From the NCBI GenBank assembly GCA_016188475.1, contig JACPHT010000007.1:80467-144466 (forward strand): a stretch of DNA of 64,000 nt. Reading direction: 5' to 3'. The stretch is from Candidatus Uhrbacteria bacterium (GTDB lineage: Bacteria > Patescibacteriota > Patescibacteriia > UBA9934 > GWF2-40-263). The notes under the pieces are model-generated. The model saw only the letters and a program-made list of their open reading frames with translations. It made no database searches and had not been told where the DNA came from. The position numbers were made by a program, and so were the translations under genes. Shown one piece after another: positions 27,449-36,228 of this stretch (position 1 is its first letter; every line of letters starts with the position of its first letter).

Positions 27449-27793
27449 ATGCCAAGAGTTAAACGAGGGGTCCAGCACGTCAAACGACGCAAGAGCCTGC
27501 TCTCAAAAACAAAAGGAATGATGTGGCGACGCAAGTCAAGCATTCGTGCCGCGCGACCAGCAATGCTTAAGGCCGGAGTTTACGCTTACCGCGATCGTCG
27601 AAACAAAAAACGGGCGTTTCGAAGACTTTGGCAGATTCGTCTGAATGCCGCGCTTCGCCCACTTGATACTACATACAGCCGATTTATTGATGGTTTGAAA
27701 AAGTCTAGTATCACGCTTGATCGAAAAATTCTTTCAGGACTTGCCAAAGATCATCCTGAAGTGTTCAAAAAAGTGGTTGAAGCAGTGAAATAG
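27449..27793 (+). CDS. rplT: ribosomal protein L20
   Basis: MPRVKRGVQHVKRRKSLL...AYRDRRNKKRAFRRLWQIRLNAA. Confidence 0.9.
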   Translation: MPRVKRGVQHVKRRKSLLSKTKGMMWRRKSSIRAARPAMLKAGVYAYRDRRNKKRAFRRLWQIRLNAALRPLDTTYSRFIDGLKKSSITLDRKILSGLAKDHPEVFKKVVEAVK

Positions 27794-27799
27794 TTGACA

Positions 27800-27830
27800 A
27801 AATAGCACTTCTGTGCTATTTTTGTTTGTT
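27800..27830 (+). terminator. rho-independent terminator (aatagcac-ttct-gtgctatt-tttg)
   Basis: Hairpin plus T-run after the rplT stop. Confidence 0.7.
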
Positions 27831-27867
27831 CCGGAATGGGTTCCGGACAAAGATTGGAGGATAAACA

Positions 27868-28563
27868 ATGGCAAATTCATTGAGGATCCTTCCGGATCCG
27901 CTCGAAGTTGGACAAGGTTTCATAGTCAAACTCAGAATCGACGCCGCCGAAGCAAATCAGGGCGACAAGTACATGCTTGTGATCACAGACCCTTCCGCGC
28001 CTGTTGTGATAGACATCCACACTGATGAGATTACAACGAAATCAGGCCACTCTGCTGTTCTCACGTTCGAAAGTGTGGACGGATTTCAGGCCATTGGACA
28101 TTTCACATTCTTTGCAGTGAACGAATCCGATCCGCTCAAACCGATCCCAGGCACACAGCTTGAATTCGATGTGGACCTGCCGGCTCCGATTCCAACTCCA
28201 GCTCCAGCGCCGACACCACCTGCTCCGCCAGTTGTTCCTCCTGTTGTTCCAACTCCTGCTGTTGCAACTCCGGCGGCTTCCACTACTACCGCACCTTCCA
28301 CCTCTTCTTCAACCTCTCCTTCAGCTTGGCGCTTCATGAGCCACGGAGTGAGCTGGGTCACAGCTTTCGTGGTCGTGCTCGCCGCGCTCGTGATCGGCAT
28401 AGGGATACTGTTCATGCCGGCGTGGGCCATCTGGCTCATTGCGAAAAACGGCAACTCGCAGAACGTCCAACCGATTTCTGCTAGCTCGAGTGGTCAGACC
28501 ATCAACCCCACTTGTAAAGTGGGTTGTAGCGCTGTGGGAAATCTCTACTTTCCCAGGCAATAG
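27868..28563 (+). CDS. hypothetical protein: N-terminal domain, Pro/Thr-rich linker, one TM helix, short Cys-containing tail (GC ~55%)
   Basis: APIPTPAPAPTPPAPPVVPPVVPTP linker and the VTAFVVVLAALVIGIGILF helix. Confidence 0.5.
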   Translation: MANSLRILPDPLEVGQGFIVKLRIDAAEANQGDKYMLVITDPSAPVVIDIHTDEITTKSGHSAVLTFESVDGFQAIGHFTFFAVNESDPLKPIPGTQLEFDVDLPAPIPTPAPAPTPPAPPVVPPVVPTPAVATPAASTTTAPSTSSSTSPSAWRFMSHGVSWVTAFVVVLAALVIGIGILFMPAWAIWLIAKNGNSQNVQPISASSSGQTINPTCKVGCSAVGNLYFPRQ

Positions 28564-28570
28564 TTCTCAT

Positions 28571-28606
28571 GACGGTCGTTCCGGAATCTCCGAACGATCG
28601 TTTTTT
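28571..28606 (+). terminator. terminator hairpin (acggtcgttccgg-aatctc-cgaacgatcgt + T6)
   Basis: Follows the 27868-28563 stop codon. Confidence 0.65.
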
Positions 28607-28625
28607 ATTAACTGAACCCGCTTAT

Positions 28626-28688
28626 CATTATTGCCTGAGCTTGCTTGCCGACCATAGCCTCTAGCGAAGGTTGGTCGAAGGCAGTAAT
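28626..28688. mobile_element. MITE family A variant with 30-bp internal insertion
   Basis: cattattgcctgagcttgcttgccgaccatagcctctagcgaaggttggtcgaaggcagtaata. Confidence 0.55.
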
Positions 28689-28705
28689 ATACGAATCAAT
28701 AGTTT

Positions 28706-29410
28706 ATGTCTCAAACTAGAATCAACAAATATCTTTCTGAAAATGGATATTGCTCACGCCGTGAAGCAGACCGACTTATTGAACTCGGTCAAGTTTTTAT
28801 AAACAACAAACGCGCACAGCTCGGCGACAAAGTTTCTGAAAACGATGATGTGCGTGTGCATGGTCGCAACAAAAAATCACCACCGGAAAAAATTTATATC
28901 ATGCTCAATAAGCCAGCCGGAGTTATAGTCACAACTGACCAGAACAAAAGAGACAACGTAATTGATTTTATAAACATCCAAGAGCGCATCTTCCCTGTTG
29001 GCAGACTTGATGTGAAAAGCGAAGGGCTTTTACTTTTGACAAATGATGGAGTGCTTGCAAACAGACTCATGCATCCAAAATACGAACATGAAAAAGAATA
29101 TGTTGTTTTGGTTGATCGACCTCTTGACATAAAAGACATAAAAAAGTTACAAACTGGAGTGAAACTTGATGACGGAGTAACGCTCCCTGCAAAAGTCCGA
29201 AAAATGGATGATAAGCGTTTTGCAATAATTTTGCGAGAAGGACGAAACCGGCAAATCCGACGAATGTGCGAAGCGATCGGGTATCGCGTTGAAGCTCTTA
29301 CACGAACACGAATTCTCACACTTCGAATGCCATCAACTTATCCTGTTGGAAATTGGCGCTCGCTGACTGAATCGGAAATTCGAGAATTAAAAAAAGCGGT
29401 TGGAGAATAA
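28706..29410 (+). CDS. RsuA/RluB-family pseudouridine synthase (S4 domain + catalytic domain)
   Basis: MSQTRINKYLSENGYCSRREADRLI (S4), catalytic VGRLDVKSEGLLLLTNDG, GRNRQIRRM. Confidence 0.85.
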   Translation: MSQTRINKYLSENGYCSRREADRLIELGQVFINNKRAQLGDKVSENDDVRVHGRNKKSPPEKIYIMLNKPAGVIVTTDQNKRDNVIDFINIQERIFPVGRLDVKSEGLLLLTNDGVLANRLMHPKYEHEKEYVVLVDRPLDIKDIKKLQTGVKLDDGVTLPAKVRKMDDKRFAIILREGRNRQIRRMCEAIGYRVEALTRTRILTLRMPSTYPVGNWRSLTESEIRELKKAVGE

Positions 29411-29475
29411 TTTTGTTTCCTCTTCTGCGGCATGCGCACAAAAGTTTGCGCGCAGTTGCACAGGAGGAAACGAAA

Positions 29476-30402
29476 GTGAAAGATTCTCGAATTCCAAAGA
29501 TCGTCAGCACATGTTTTGCGTCTGGAGCAATCACGCTTCTTACACTACTCATCGCGGCTCCGTCGCTCGGAGTTCTCTGGTCAGTGCTAGTCAGCGTGAT
29601 AGTCGGAGGATCAGTCGGATACTTCGGCTTTCAGTTCCGCGAAGTTCTGCGCGCAATTCCGAAAGCGGCCAGCGCAAGCATTCCGGCTGTGTTGCGTGTC
29701 TTCAGCAAAATACGCGAGTTCTTTTCAAAGCCACGACCGTTCCTGTTTGGAGATTTGTTGGTTAGTGCAGTCTCGTCCTTCTTGTTTGTGACGAATAATC
29801 ATTCAACAAGGCTGAACGAGCGTGGACTACTGATCCTTGGAAGTTTATTTGTGTTCACTTTCTTCATTGCAATCGCATTGTTTCAAGTATTATTTCTGGG
29901 TATGCCATTAGAGTGGAGAGATTCAACATCAGAAAAGTGGAATCTACGAAGGAAATCTTCACTAGAAATCAACAAGGTACTAAATGCGAACTTCCCGCAA
30001 GAAGTTCTCTTTGCATCAATAAGCTGGAAACACATGCTCGAACTTCACTTGGACGCGCTCATGAATGTCGTCATAGGTGTATTCCTCATTGTCGTTTACT
30101 TAATAGTCGGAATCACAGCTATTGCGCCAGTAGCCATCTACTTCAGCGGAAAGTTCTTCTGGTATCTTTTCAAGATCATCCACTCGGATCACAGACTCAT
30201 CTGCGGTGTGAACGGACCTCTTGGCGGACTCGCGGTATTCTTCGCTCTTTGGGCCTATCATGGATCCAACTTCGCGGCGATTCCGGCATTGGAAAAAATC
30301 GCATTCGTCATGGTCGCCGGCGTAGTCTCTATCAGCCTAGGACTCGTCGCTCATTTCTTCATTGGCCTGCGTTGGCTCAAAAAGCTCGCACAAGAAATTT
30401 GA
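29476..30402 (+). CDS. hypothetical polytopic membrane protein
   Basis: GTG start preceded by SD aggagga. Roughly 8 hydrophobic helices. Confidence 0.5.
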   Translation: MKDSRIPKIVSTCFASGAITLLTLLIAAPSLGVLWSVLVSVIVGGSVGYFGFQFREVLRAIPKAASASIPAVLRVFSKIREFFSKPRPFLFGDLLVSAVSSFLFVTNNHSTRLNERGLLILGSLFVFTFFIAIALFQVLFLGMPLEWRDSTSEKWNLRRKSSLEINKVLNANFPQEVLFASISWKHMLELHLDALMNVVIGVFLIVVYLIVGITAIAPVAIYFSGKFFWYLFKIIHSDHRLICGVNGPLGGLAVFFALWAYHGSNFAAIPALEKIAFVMVAGVVSISLGLVAHFFIGLRWLKKLAQEI

Positions 30403-30418
30403 TAACAGGGGGTGAAAC

Positions 30419-30805
30419 ATGCTACGGCCGATTCATGTGTTCATTGTTGGCGGAACTTGGGGTCAAGTGCCTCTGAAAGACACGAAAGAGTGGTGCGAGC
30501 TGATCGCTTTCAAGGCAAGAGATGCAAGGTGTGAATATGGAGATCGTGAGCTGATCGCCTCAAGCGTTAAGATCATCGACGACTTGAACGACGGAGATTT
30601 GCGCTCTTATTTAATGTCTATGAACAATAAGGTCGTCGTGTTCTTCAACTCACGCGGCAATCTCAGCGCGGCCAGGACGTTCAAGAAAAGCTGTCCATCT
30701 GCTTCAGTCTATGTGATGACCGCCCTCATTCCTACCGACGAGGTGACGATCCTCAATAAGGATATTCTAATCGACGTTCCAAGCCTTGGCCCTTTCCTTC
30801 GATAA
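30419..30805 (+). CDS. hypothetical protein (128 aa)
   Basis: SD gggggtg before the ATG; terminator immediately downstream. Confidence 0.45.
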   Translation: MLRPIHVFIVGGTWGQVPLKDTKEWCELIAFKARDARCEYGDRELIASSVKIIDDLNDGDLRSYLMSMNNKVVVFFNSRGNLSAARTFKKSCPSASVYVMTALIPTDEVTILNKDILIDVPSLGPFLR

Positions 30806-30821
30806 CCAGACCTCTCTCTCT

Positions 30822-30858
30822 CCGCCATTCGATTAGCTCATGGCGGATTTTTTTATAA
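30822..30858. terminator. bidirectional terminator (ccgccat-tcgattagctc-atggcgg + T7)
   Basis: Lies between convergent genes. Confidence 0.65.
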
Positions 30859-31482
30859 AATTTCAACATCACCATGAGCGATAATTTGATCACCATTCAC
30901 TTCAACAGCAGAACCATTTGGAATAGCATAAATAGGCAATTCTTTTTTGTTGGCAATAATAATCTTTCTTTCTTTGACCGGATCGTAATGCACATGTGAT
31001 ACAAATGAAACAAACCCGAAACCTGAAAGATCAGTCAGTCCGACAATATTTTTATCCGCGTCTTCACCGCCCCAGCTAGCCGCTCCAATACTCGGCGAGG
31101 CAAGAATTGTGCCAGCGCTTGTTCCGCCGTATATTACGCCTTTATTTCGCACAAGATCTTGAACAATTTCTATGAAACCAGTTTTGCGTGCGACATCAAG
31201 AAGATAAAAAGTGTTTCCGCCATTTACCCAAATCACGTCAGCGTTTGAGAGCTCACGCGCGATTTGTTCTTTTGTTTTATATTTCAACGCGTACCAAATT
31301 GGATTTATGCCAACAGCCGCGAAATCATCCATTGACTCACAAGTATAAAATTTATTTTCTTCAACGTCCGACGCTGTTGGAATGAAGTATAATTTTGTTT
31401 GCTCTGGAGACTTGTTCAAAAATTTCAAAAATGGTTTTTGAAGACTCTTGGACACACAAGAAGATGTTAGGAAGAGTTTCAT
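30853..31482 (-). CDS. peptidase S51 (dipeptidase E / cyanophycinase-like, class I glutamine-amidotransferase fold)
   Basis: IYGGTSAGTILASPSIG nucleophile elbow and overall S51 length and layout. Confidence 0.6.
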   Translation of the reverse strand: MKLFLTSSCVSKSLQKPFLKFLNKSPEQTKLYFIPTASDVEENKFYTCESMDDFAAVGINPIWYALKYKTKEQIARELSNADVIWVNGGNTFYLLDVARKTGFIEIVQDLVRNKGVIYGGTSAGTILASPSIGAASWGGEDADKNIVGLTDLSGFGFVSFVSHVHYDPVKERKIIIANKKELPIYAIPNGSAVEVNGDQIIAHGDVEIL

Positions 31483-31537
31483 ACGAAAAACATTCTAACA
31501 AACACGATAAAGTTTGCATAGTGGTAAAAAATAAAGA

Positions 31538-31582
31538 ATCACACTTAACTACCGATCGGTAGTTAAGTGTGATTTGTTTTTT
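31538..31582. terminator. perfect 16-bp stem hairpin (atcacacttaactacc/ggtagttaagtgtgat) with flanking T-runs on both strands
   Basis: Bidirectional terminator-like structure. Confidence 0.55.
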
Positions 31583-31665
31583 TAAAAATTACATATCTAA
31601 GTTTCAACTCATACGAAGTCAAACTCCTAAAAATTCAAACCAGTTCCGTTGTTTACATAAAAAAG

Positions 31666-31693
31666 ATGGCTGACAAAAATCAGCCATCTTTTC
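31666..31693 (-). terminator. terminator hairpin directly 3' of tRNA-Asp (agatggctga-caaaaa-tcagccatct + T-run on minus strand)
   Basis: Abuts the tRNA 3' end. Confidence 0.6.
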
Positions 31694-31771
31694 TGGCGGA
31701 CCGGACGGGATTCGAACCCGCGATCTTCTCCGTGACAGGGAGACGTGTTAACCGGGCTACACCACCGATCC
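31694..31771 (-). tRNA. tRNA-Asp (GTC), CCA encoded
   Basis: Reverse complement ggatcggtggtgtagcccggttaacacgtctccctGTCacggagaag..gcgggttcgaatcccgtccggtccgcca has a canonical cloverleaf. Confidence 0.9.
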
Positions 31772-31872
31772 ATATAAACGAACGGCGGAATAGTAACATA
31801 ATCGCCTTAATCAATGCAAGAGAAGTGATTGACAATCACATTCGTTTATGGTAAATTCTTTCCTTCTTATTC

Positions 31873-31893
31873 TCTCGCTACCAGGTAGCGAGA
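31873..31893. repeat. palindrome D copy 4, immediately upstream of the 31903 ORF
   Basis: tctcgctaccaggtagcgaga 10 nt before the SD-like aaaggagt. Confidence 0.7.
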
Positions 31894-31902
31894 TATTGAA
31901 TA

Positions 31903-32157
31903 ATGAAAGGAGTAATCATGGAACATGGAAAAGGATACGGCATCAGAATTGAACGTGCGGAAACAACTGGCGTGACGCTTTATCTCACACATGACGGCAT
32001 AGACACTGGCACATCAATGTCTTACTTGATCAATAATGTCACGATCGAAAATCTCATCAACACGATCAGATCGTGGTACATGTTCGGCGCTCTTAACAAA
32101 ATTGAGGATCGCGACAAACTCATCGAAGCTGCGCGCAGGATGTGGCTCCCAAACTAA
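31903..32157 (+). CDS. small hypothetical protein (84 aa)
   Basis: ORF preceded by palindrome D; no homology recognised. Confidence 0.4.
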   Translation: MKGVIMEHGKGYGIRIERAETTGVTLYLTHDGIDTGTSMSYLINNVTIENLINTIRSWYMFGALNKIEDRDKLIEAARRMWLPN

Positions 32158-32236
32158 CTGATCCGGTACCTTTTCACAAAGGCGCTGGGTCTTTTTCTTT
32201 TTTGGGTTTTAGGTAATATATAATCAAACCATAAAT

Positions 32237-32905
32237 ATGAAATACAAAAACGCAATTATTTCAATCATCATAATCATCTTAATTCTGGCCATCGCAGTTA
32301 TCTTTTGGACACAGCAAAAAATCGATTCAGACAAAACTTCATGGAACTCAAACCTACTAACATCCGTTTTTCGGCCACAGCTAATCGCTGAAGCAGAACG
32401 CGGTTCTTCTTCATTTATTCGTCTGACATGGCAAAAACCAGAAACAACCTACAATCATTTTCTAATCACAGTCACTAATCCGCAAACAGACTGGTCGCGG
32501 ACTGAATCAGGCGAACATGAGCGAGTAAGTTTGGACGTTTCCGATCTCGAACCTGATACAACATATACATTTAGTGTTCGAGCATGCGGTGATCCGGATT
32601 GCAAAACCTGGATCACGTCAAATGAAAAACCAAGGGCGCGAACTGAAAAAATGTATTGGAAATTTGTTGAAACAAAATTTTCTGACAGCCTTCCAATAAA
32701 AGAAGGTTGGGAGTCAAACATTGATTTAGAACGATCTGTCTTTCTTACGATCGATAACAAACTTTGGACTGAAAATAAAGACGACTGGCAAATCGCCAAT
32801 GTTTATGTCCAATCAAAACCGACATACAAAATTGTTTTGAAACTGATCTCAAGTGTTGAGGATGAAAAAGAAAAAACGCTCTTTGCGGAACTGTTGAATC
32901 CATGA
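32237..32905 (+). CDS. membrane-anchored protein with fibronectin-III-like domain
   Basis: N-terminal TM helix IISIIIIILILAIAVIFW. LTWQKPETTYNHFLITVTNPQ..DTTYTFSVRACG resembles FN3. Confidence 0.5.
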   Translation: MKYKNAIISIIIIILILAIAVIFWTQQKIDSDKTSWNSNLLTSVFRPQLIAEAERGSSSFIRLTWQKPETTYNHFLITVTNPQTDWSRTESGEHERVSLDVSDLEPDTTYTFSVRACGDPDCKTWITSNEKPRARTEKMYWKFVETKFSDSLPIKEGWESNIDLERSVFLTIDNKLWTENKDDWQIANVYVQSKPTYKIVLKLISSVEDEKEKTLFAELLNP

Positions 32906-32907
32906 CT

Positions 32908-32985
32908 ACTGCCTTCGACAGGCTCAGGCAATAACTTAGCCTTCGACCGTTCGACAAGCTCACGAGAGACCAGCTCAGGCAATAG
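32908..32985. mobile_element. MITE family A remnant overlapping the pyk stop codon
   Basis: gccttcgacaggctcaggcaataa ... cgacaagctcacgagagaccagctcaggcaatag. The last TIR supplies codons ...ITIA plus stop of pyk. Confidence 0.6.
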
Positions 32986-34378
32986 TGATGATATCGAACG
33001 CTTCGCCGTGACGACCTCCCAATACAACGGCAAGCCGCATTCCATTGTGAACTTTCTTATCTGATTTAAGAATACGAAGCGCTCGCGCAACAAATGTTTT
33101 CTCGCGAACATTTTTTAATACAAAGGTCTCGCTCCCCCATCGAAGTGAAACTTGACGAGCCTGCATTTGCGTCGGACATGCGATAAATAACGGAATTTCT
33201 GGATGAAAACGAAGAACGGTTTCTGACCAGTCTGCCAACTCTATTGAAACCAACACGCCGTCAATCGTTTGTTGTTCTGCCGCAAGTTTTACAGCTTGAG
33301 CAACTGATCCGACAACGTCTTTCACAGCCGGAGAATCAAAAACAACATCATCAAATGGAGATACTTCAGCCTCTTTCACAATTGTTGCCATCGTTTTTAC
33401 CGCGGCAAGCGGAAACTTCCCTGATGCGGTTTCACCAGAGAGCATAACAGCGTCAGTATGATCAAACACAGCATTTGCAACATCTGATACTTCAGCGCGA
33501 GTTGGACGCGGATTGCGAATCATTGAGTCAAGCATTTGCGTTGCAACAATCACTGGTTTTCCTTTGGCTCGACATTTTTCAATTAGCTGCTTTTGTCGAA
33601 TTGGAACTTCTTCCGCTGGAATCTCAATTCCCAAATCACCTCGCGCGATCATCACGCCATCGGCCTCATTCAAAATTTCATCAAACGCTTCTATTGCTTC
33701 ATACTTCTCGATTTTTACGATAACGCGCGGAGTAACTTGTCCTGCTTGAACAACTTTTTTGATCAACTTTTTAAGTTGTCGAACATCTGCTGAAGTTTTC
33801 ACAAATGAAAGCGCAATCCATTCAACACCGATCTGAACAGCGAACTCAACATCGTCTCGATCTTTTTGCGTTAGAGATGAAACCGAAAGTTTTGAATCTG
33901 GAAAATTTAATCCTTTGTGCGATGTCACTGTTCCTCCATTTTCAACTTTTGCGTGAATATCTTTCCCAATAACTTTTATTATTTTCAATTCTATCAAACC
34001 ATCATCTATCAAAAAACGATGGCCAACTTTAACATCTTTATGTAATTGTTTGTAAGTAATTGGAATCTTTGAACCTTTATATTCGTCAATTTCTGTTGAA
34101 AAAATATATGTCTCGCTGTTTTTGAGTGTAACACCGTCTGCGGGTAATTCACCTAACCGAATTTTCGGACCTTGCAAATCACCTATTATTGGAACAAACT
34201 TTTTGGCAGAATCAGCAGCTCGCCTGACGCTTCGTAAAAGTTCACGATGTCCTGCGTGTGTTCCGTGAGAAAAATTCAAACGCGCAACGTCCATACCTGC
34301 TCTCATCATTGTTTTAAGCGTTGTTTCTTTTTCGCACGCTGGACCTATCGTGCACACAATTTTTGTTCGTCGAAGCAT
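32975..34378 (-). CDS. pyk: pyruvate kinase
   Basis: MLRRTKIVCTIGPA..., MVARGDLGIEIPAEEV, 467 aa. Confidence 0.9.
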   Translation of the reverse strand: MLRRTKIVCTIGPACEKETTLKTMMRAGMDVARLNFSHGTHAGHRELLRSVRRAADSAKKFVPIIGDLQGPKIRLGELPADGVTLKNSETYIFSTEIDEYKGSKIPITYKQLHKDVKVGHRFLIDDGLIELKIIKVIGKDIHAKVENGGTVTSHKGLNFPDSKLSVSSLTQKDRDDVEFAVQIGVEWIALSFVKTSADVRQLKKLIKKVVQAGQVTPRVIVKIEKYEAIEAFDEILNEADGVMIARGDLGIEIPAEEVPIRQKQLIEKCRAKGKPVIVATQMLDSMIRNPRPTRAEVSDVANAVFDHTDAVMLSGETASGKFPLAAVKTMATIVKEAEVSPFDDVVFDSPAVKDVVGSVAQAVKLAAEQQTIDGVLVSIELADWSETVLRFHPEIPLFIACPTQMQARQVSLRWGSETFVLKNVREKTFVARALRILKSDKKVHNGMRLAVVLGGRHGEAFDIITIA

Positions 34379-34384
34379 AAAATT

Positions 34385-35506
34385 TTATTCGTTTTTATAT
34401 TCAACCAATATCACTGAAATTTTTTGCAAAACAGTATTTCGCAAAATTTCAAGTTCGATTGTTTCACCAGGACGTCTTACTGAAACAAGTTTTGAAAGCG
34501 AATTATCCTGCGACAGTCGCGTGCCATCAATACTTACAATTATGTCTCCGTCTTTCAAACCAGCGATCTCTGCCGGACTTCCCGGAATCACTCCATGTTG
34601 ACCTGGTTGTGTTCCTTCCACAATCAAAGCGCCAAGTTCAAAACTAGAATTTTGTTGTGTGAGTTCAGATTTTTGAATCAGAACGTAGCGAACGCCAAGC
34701 CATGGTCGAACGATATGGCCAAACTCACGAACATCTTCAATCGCTCGTTTTGCTTGATTGATCGGAATCGCAAAAGCGATTGATTCCCCTTCCATACTCA
34801 CTGCCGTATTGATTCCGATTATTTCACCTTTCAAATTTATAAGTGGACCTCCTGAATTTCCGGGATTGATCGCGGCGTCTGTTTGTATTGCTTGTTCAAT
34901 TACGTCAGTATTCACAGCAGAACCCGCAACAACATGACGATTGATTCCTGAAATCACACCCTTTGTAACAGTGTTTCGAAATTCTGAAAGTGTGTTTCCT
35001 ATCGCAATAACTGTTTGTCCGATTTGTATTTTGTCAGAATCTCCAAGTTGCGCAATTGGAAATTCACTCCCGTCAACTTTCAGAACTGCGACATCTTGAA
35101 ACGGATCTGTATCAATAAGTTCGGCTTTTAATTCTTCTCCATTGTTTGTAATTACTGTGAGCGAAGTTCCAAGTTCATCAACGACATGACGATTCGTTAG
35201 CACATATCCATCAGCGCTATAAAAAAAACCAGATCCGCTGGAAATTTCAGCGTCGTCTTTTTTGACTATGATACTGACAACAGACGGAGTGACACGTTCG
35301 ACAACAGCGATAGTCGCGTTCTCCTCTTCCATGAGTTCGACAATGTTTTTCTCAACTCGCGCTTCGGAAAATTTTGGCTGAAAAAAATTTGATGATGAAA
35401 ATGGTCCCCAAAAAATAAAACCTCCGACAGCTCCGGAAACCGCACCGACAACAGCGGCAATAGCAAGCCCGAGAATCAATATCATTTGCAAACGTTTATC
35501 ATTCAT
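34385..35506 (-). CDS. HtrA/DegP-family serine protease with PDZ domain
   Basis: Catalytic triad motifs VLTNRHVV, DVAVLKVD, GNSGGPLINLKGEIIGINT; C-terminal PDZ. Confidence 0.85.
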   Translation of the reverse strand: MNDKRLQMILILGLAIAAVVGAVSGAVGGFIFWGPFSSSNFFQPKFSEARVEKNIVELMEEENATIAVVERVTPSVVSIIVKKDDAEISSGSGFFYSADGYVLTNRHVVDELGTSLTVITNNGEELKAELIDTDPFQDVAVLKVDGSEFPIAQLGDSDKIQIGQTVIAIGNTLSEFRNTVTKGVISGINRHVVAGSAVNTDVIEQAIQTDAAINPGNSGGPLINLKGEIIGINTAVSMEGESIAFAIPINQAKRAIEDVREFGHIVRPWLGVRYVLIQKSELTQQNSSFELGALIVEGTQPGQHGVIPGSPAEIAGLKDGDIIVSIDGTRLSQDNSLSKLVSVRRPGETIELEILRNTVLQKISVILVEYKNE

Positions 35507-35997
35507 ACTTTTTTCTTTCGCTTTGAGGCACGAAGTTCTCGTTTCTTTTCACCTAAAAGTTTTTTTAATTCGGACTCAAAAGTTTTCACATCTTCAAACG
35601 ACCTGTAAACGGAGGCAAACCTAATATACGCGACCTTATCGAACAATCTTAAATGTTTCATGACAATATCGCCGAGTTCTGCTGTTGTGAGTTGACCGCG
35701 TCGTTTCTTTTGAATATCGCGTTCGATCTTGTGAACCAATTTTTGAAAACCAACATCTGTGTATGGACGTTTTTCCAAAGCCTTTTCAAGACCTCGAGAA
35801 AGTTTTTCGCGGGAATAATTTTCACGACGTCCGTCGCGTTTCACAACAGTTAAATCCAAAAGTTCAATCTCTTCCAAAGTTGAAAATCTAAAACCACAGC
35901 GCTCGCATTCGCGCCTTCGACGCACACTCACGCCATCAGTTGAAATACGTGAATCAATGACTTTGGTATCTTTGTGATTGCAAACCGCGCATCGCAT
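35503..35997 (-). CDS. nrdR: transcriptional repressor NrdR
   Basis: MRCAVCNHKDTKVIDSR...CERCGFRFST zinc ribbon plus ATP-cone. Confidence 0.9.
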   Translation of the reverse strand: MRCAVCNHKDTKVIDSRISTDGVSVRRRRECERCGFRFSTLEEIELLDLTVVKRDGRRENYSREKLSRGLEKALEKRPYTDVGFQKLVHKIERDIQKKRRGQLTTAELGDIVMKHLRLFDKVAYIRFASVYRSFEDVKTFESELKKLLGEKKRELRASKRKKKV

Positions 35998-36000
35998 ATA

Positions 36001-36180
36001 TAGACATCACACTATGAAACAGGACTCCATAAACATCCAAAATTGTGCATGACTTGTTTTTCGCATTGAAAACTCCTCACGGTATCTATGGATACCGCTG
36101 TGGTTTTTCAATGCTCCAAAACCGCGTTCTGCGCAATTTTGTTTTATTTCTAAGTCCTGTTTCATAGTGTGATGTCTATA
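36001..36180. mobile_element. MITE-like element family C (180 bp, 26-bp perfect TIRs tagacatcacactatgaaacaggact)
   Basis: Perfect TIRs. Homologous to 12037-12213. Begins 4 bp upstream of the nrdR start codon. Confidence 0.75.
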
Positions 36181-36199
36181 GTAAACGCATTATAACAAA

Positions 36200-36228
36200 A
36201 AAGGCGGCTACTGGTTAGCCGCTTTTTC
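36200..36228 (-). terminator. ftsZ terminator (gcggcta-accag-tagccgc + T-run on minus strand)
   Basis: Directly after the ftsZ stop codon. Confidence 0.65.

Noticed and set aside
31666-31854. ORF 31666-31854 (+)
   Set aside because: It overlaps tRNA-Asp on the opposite strand and is an ORF-finder artefact.
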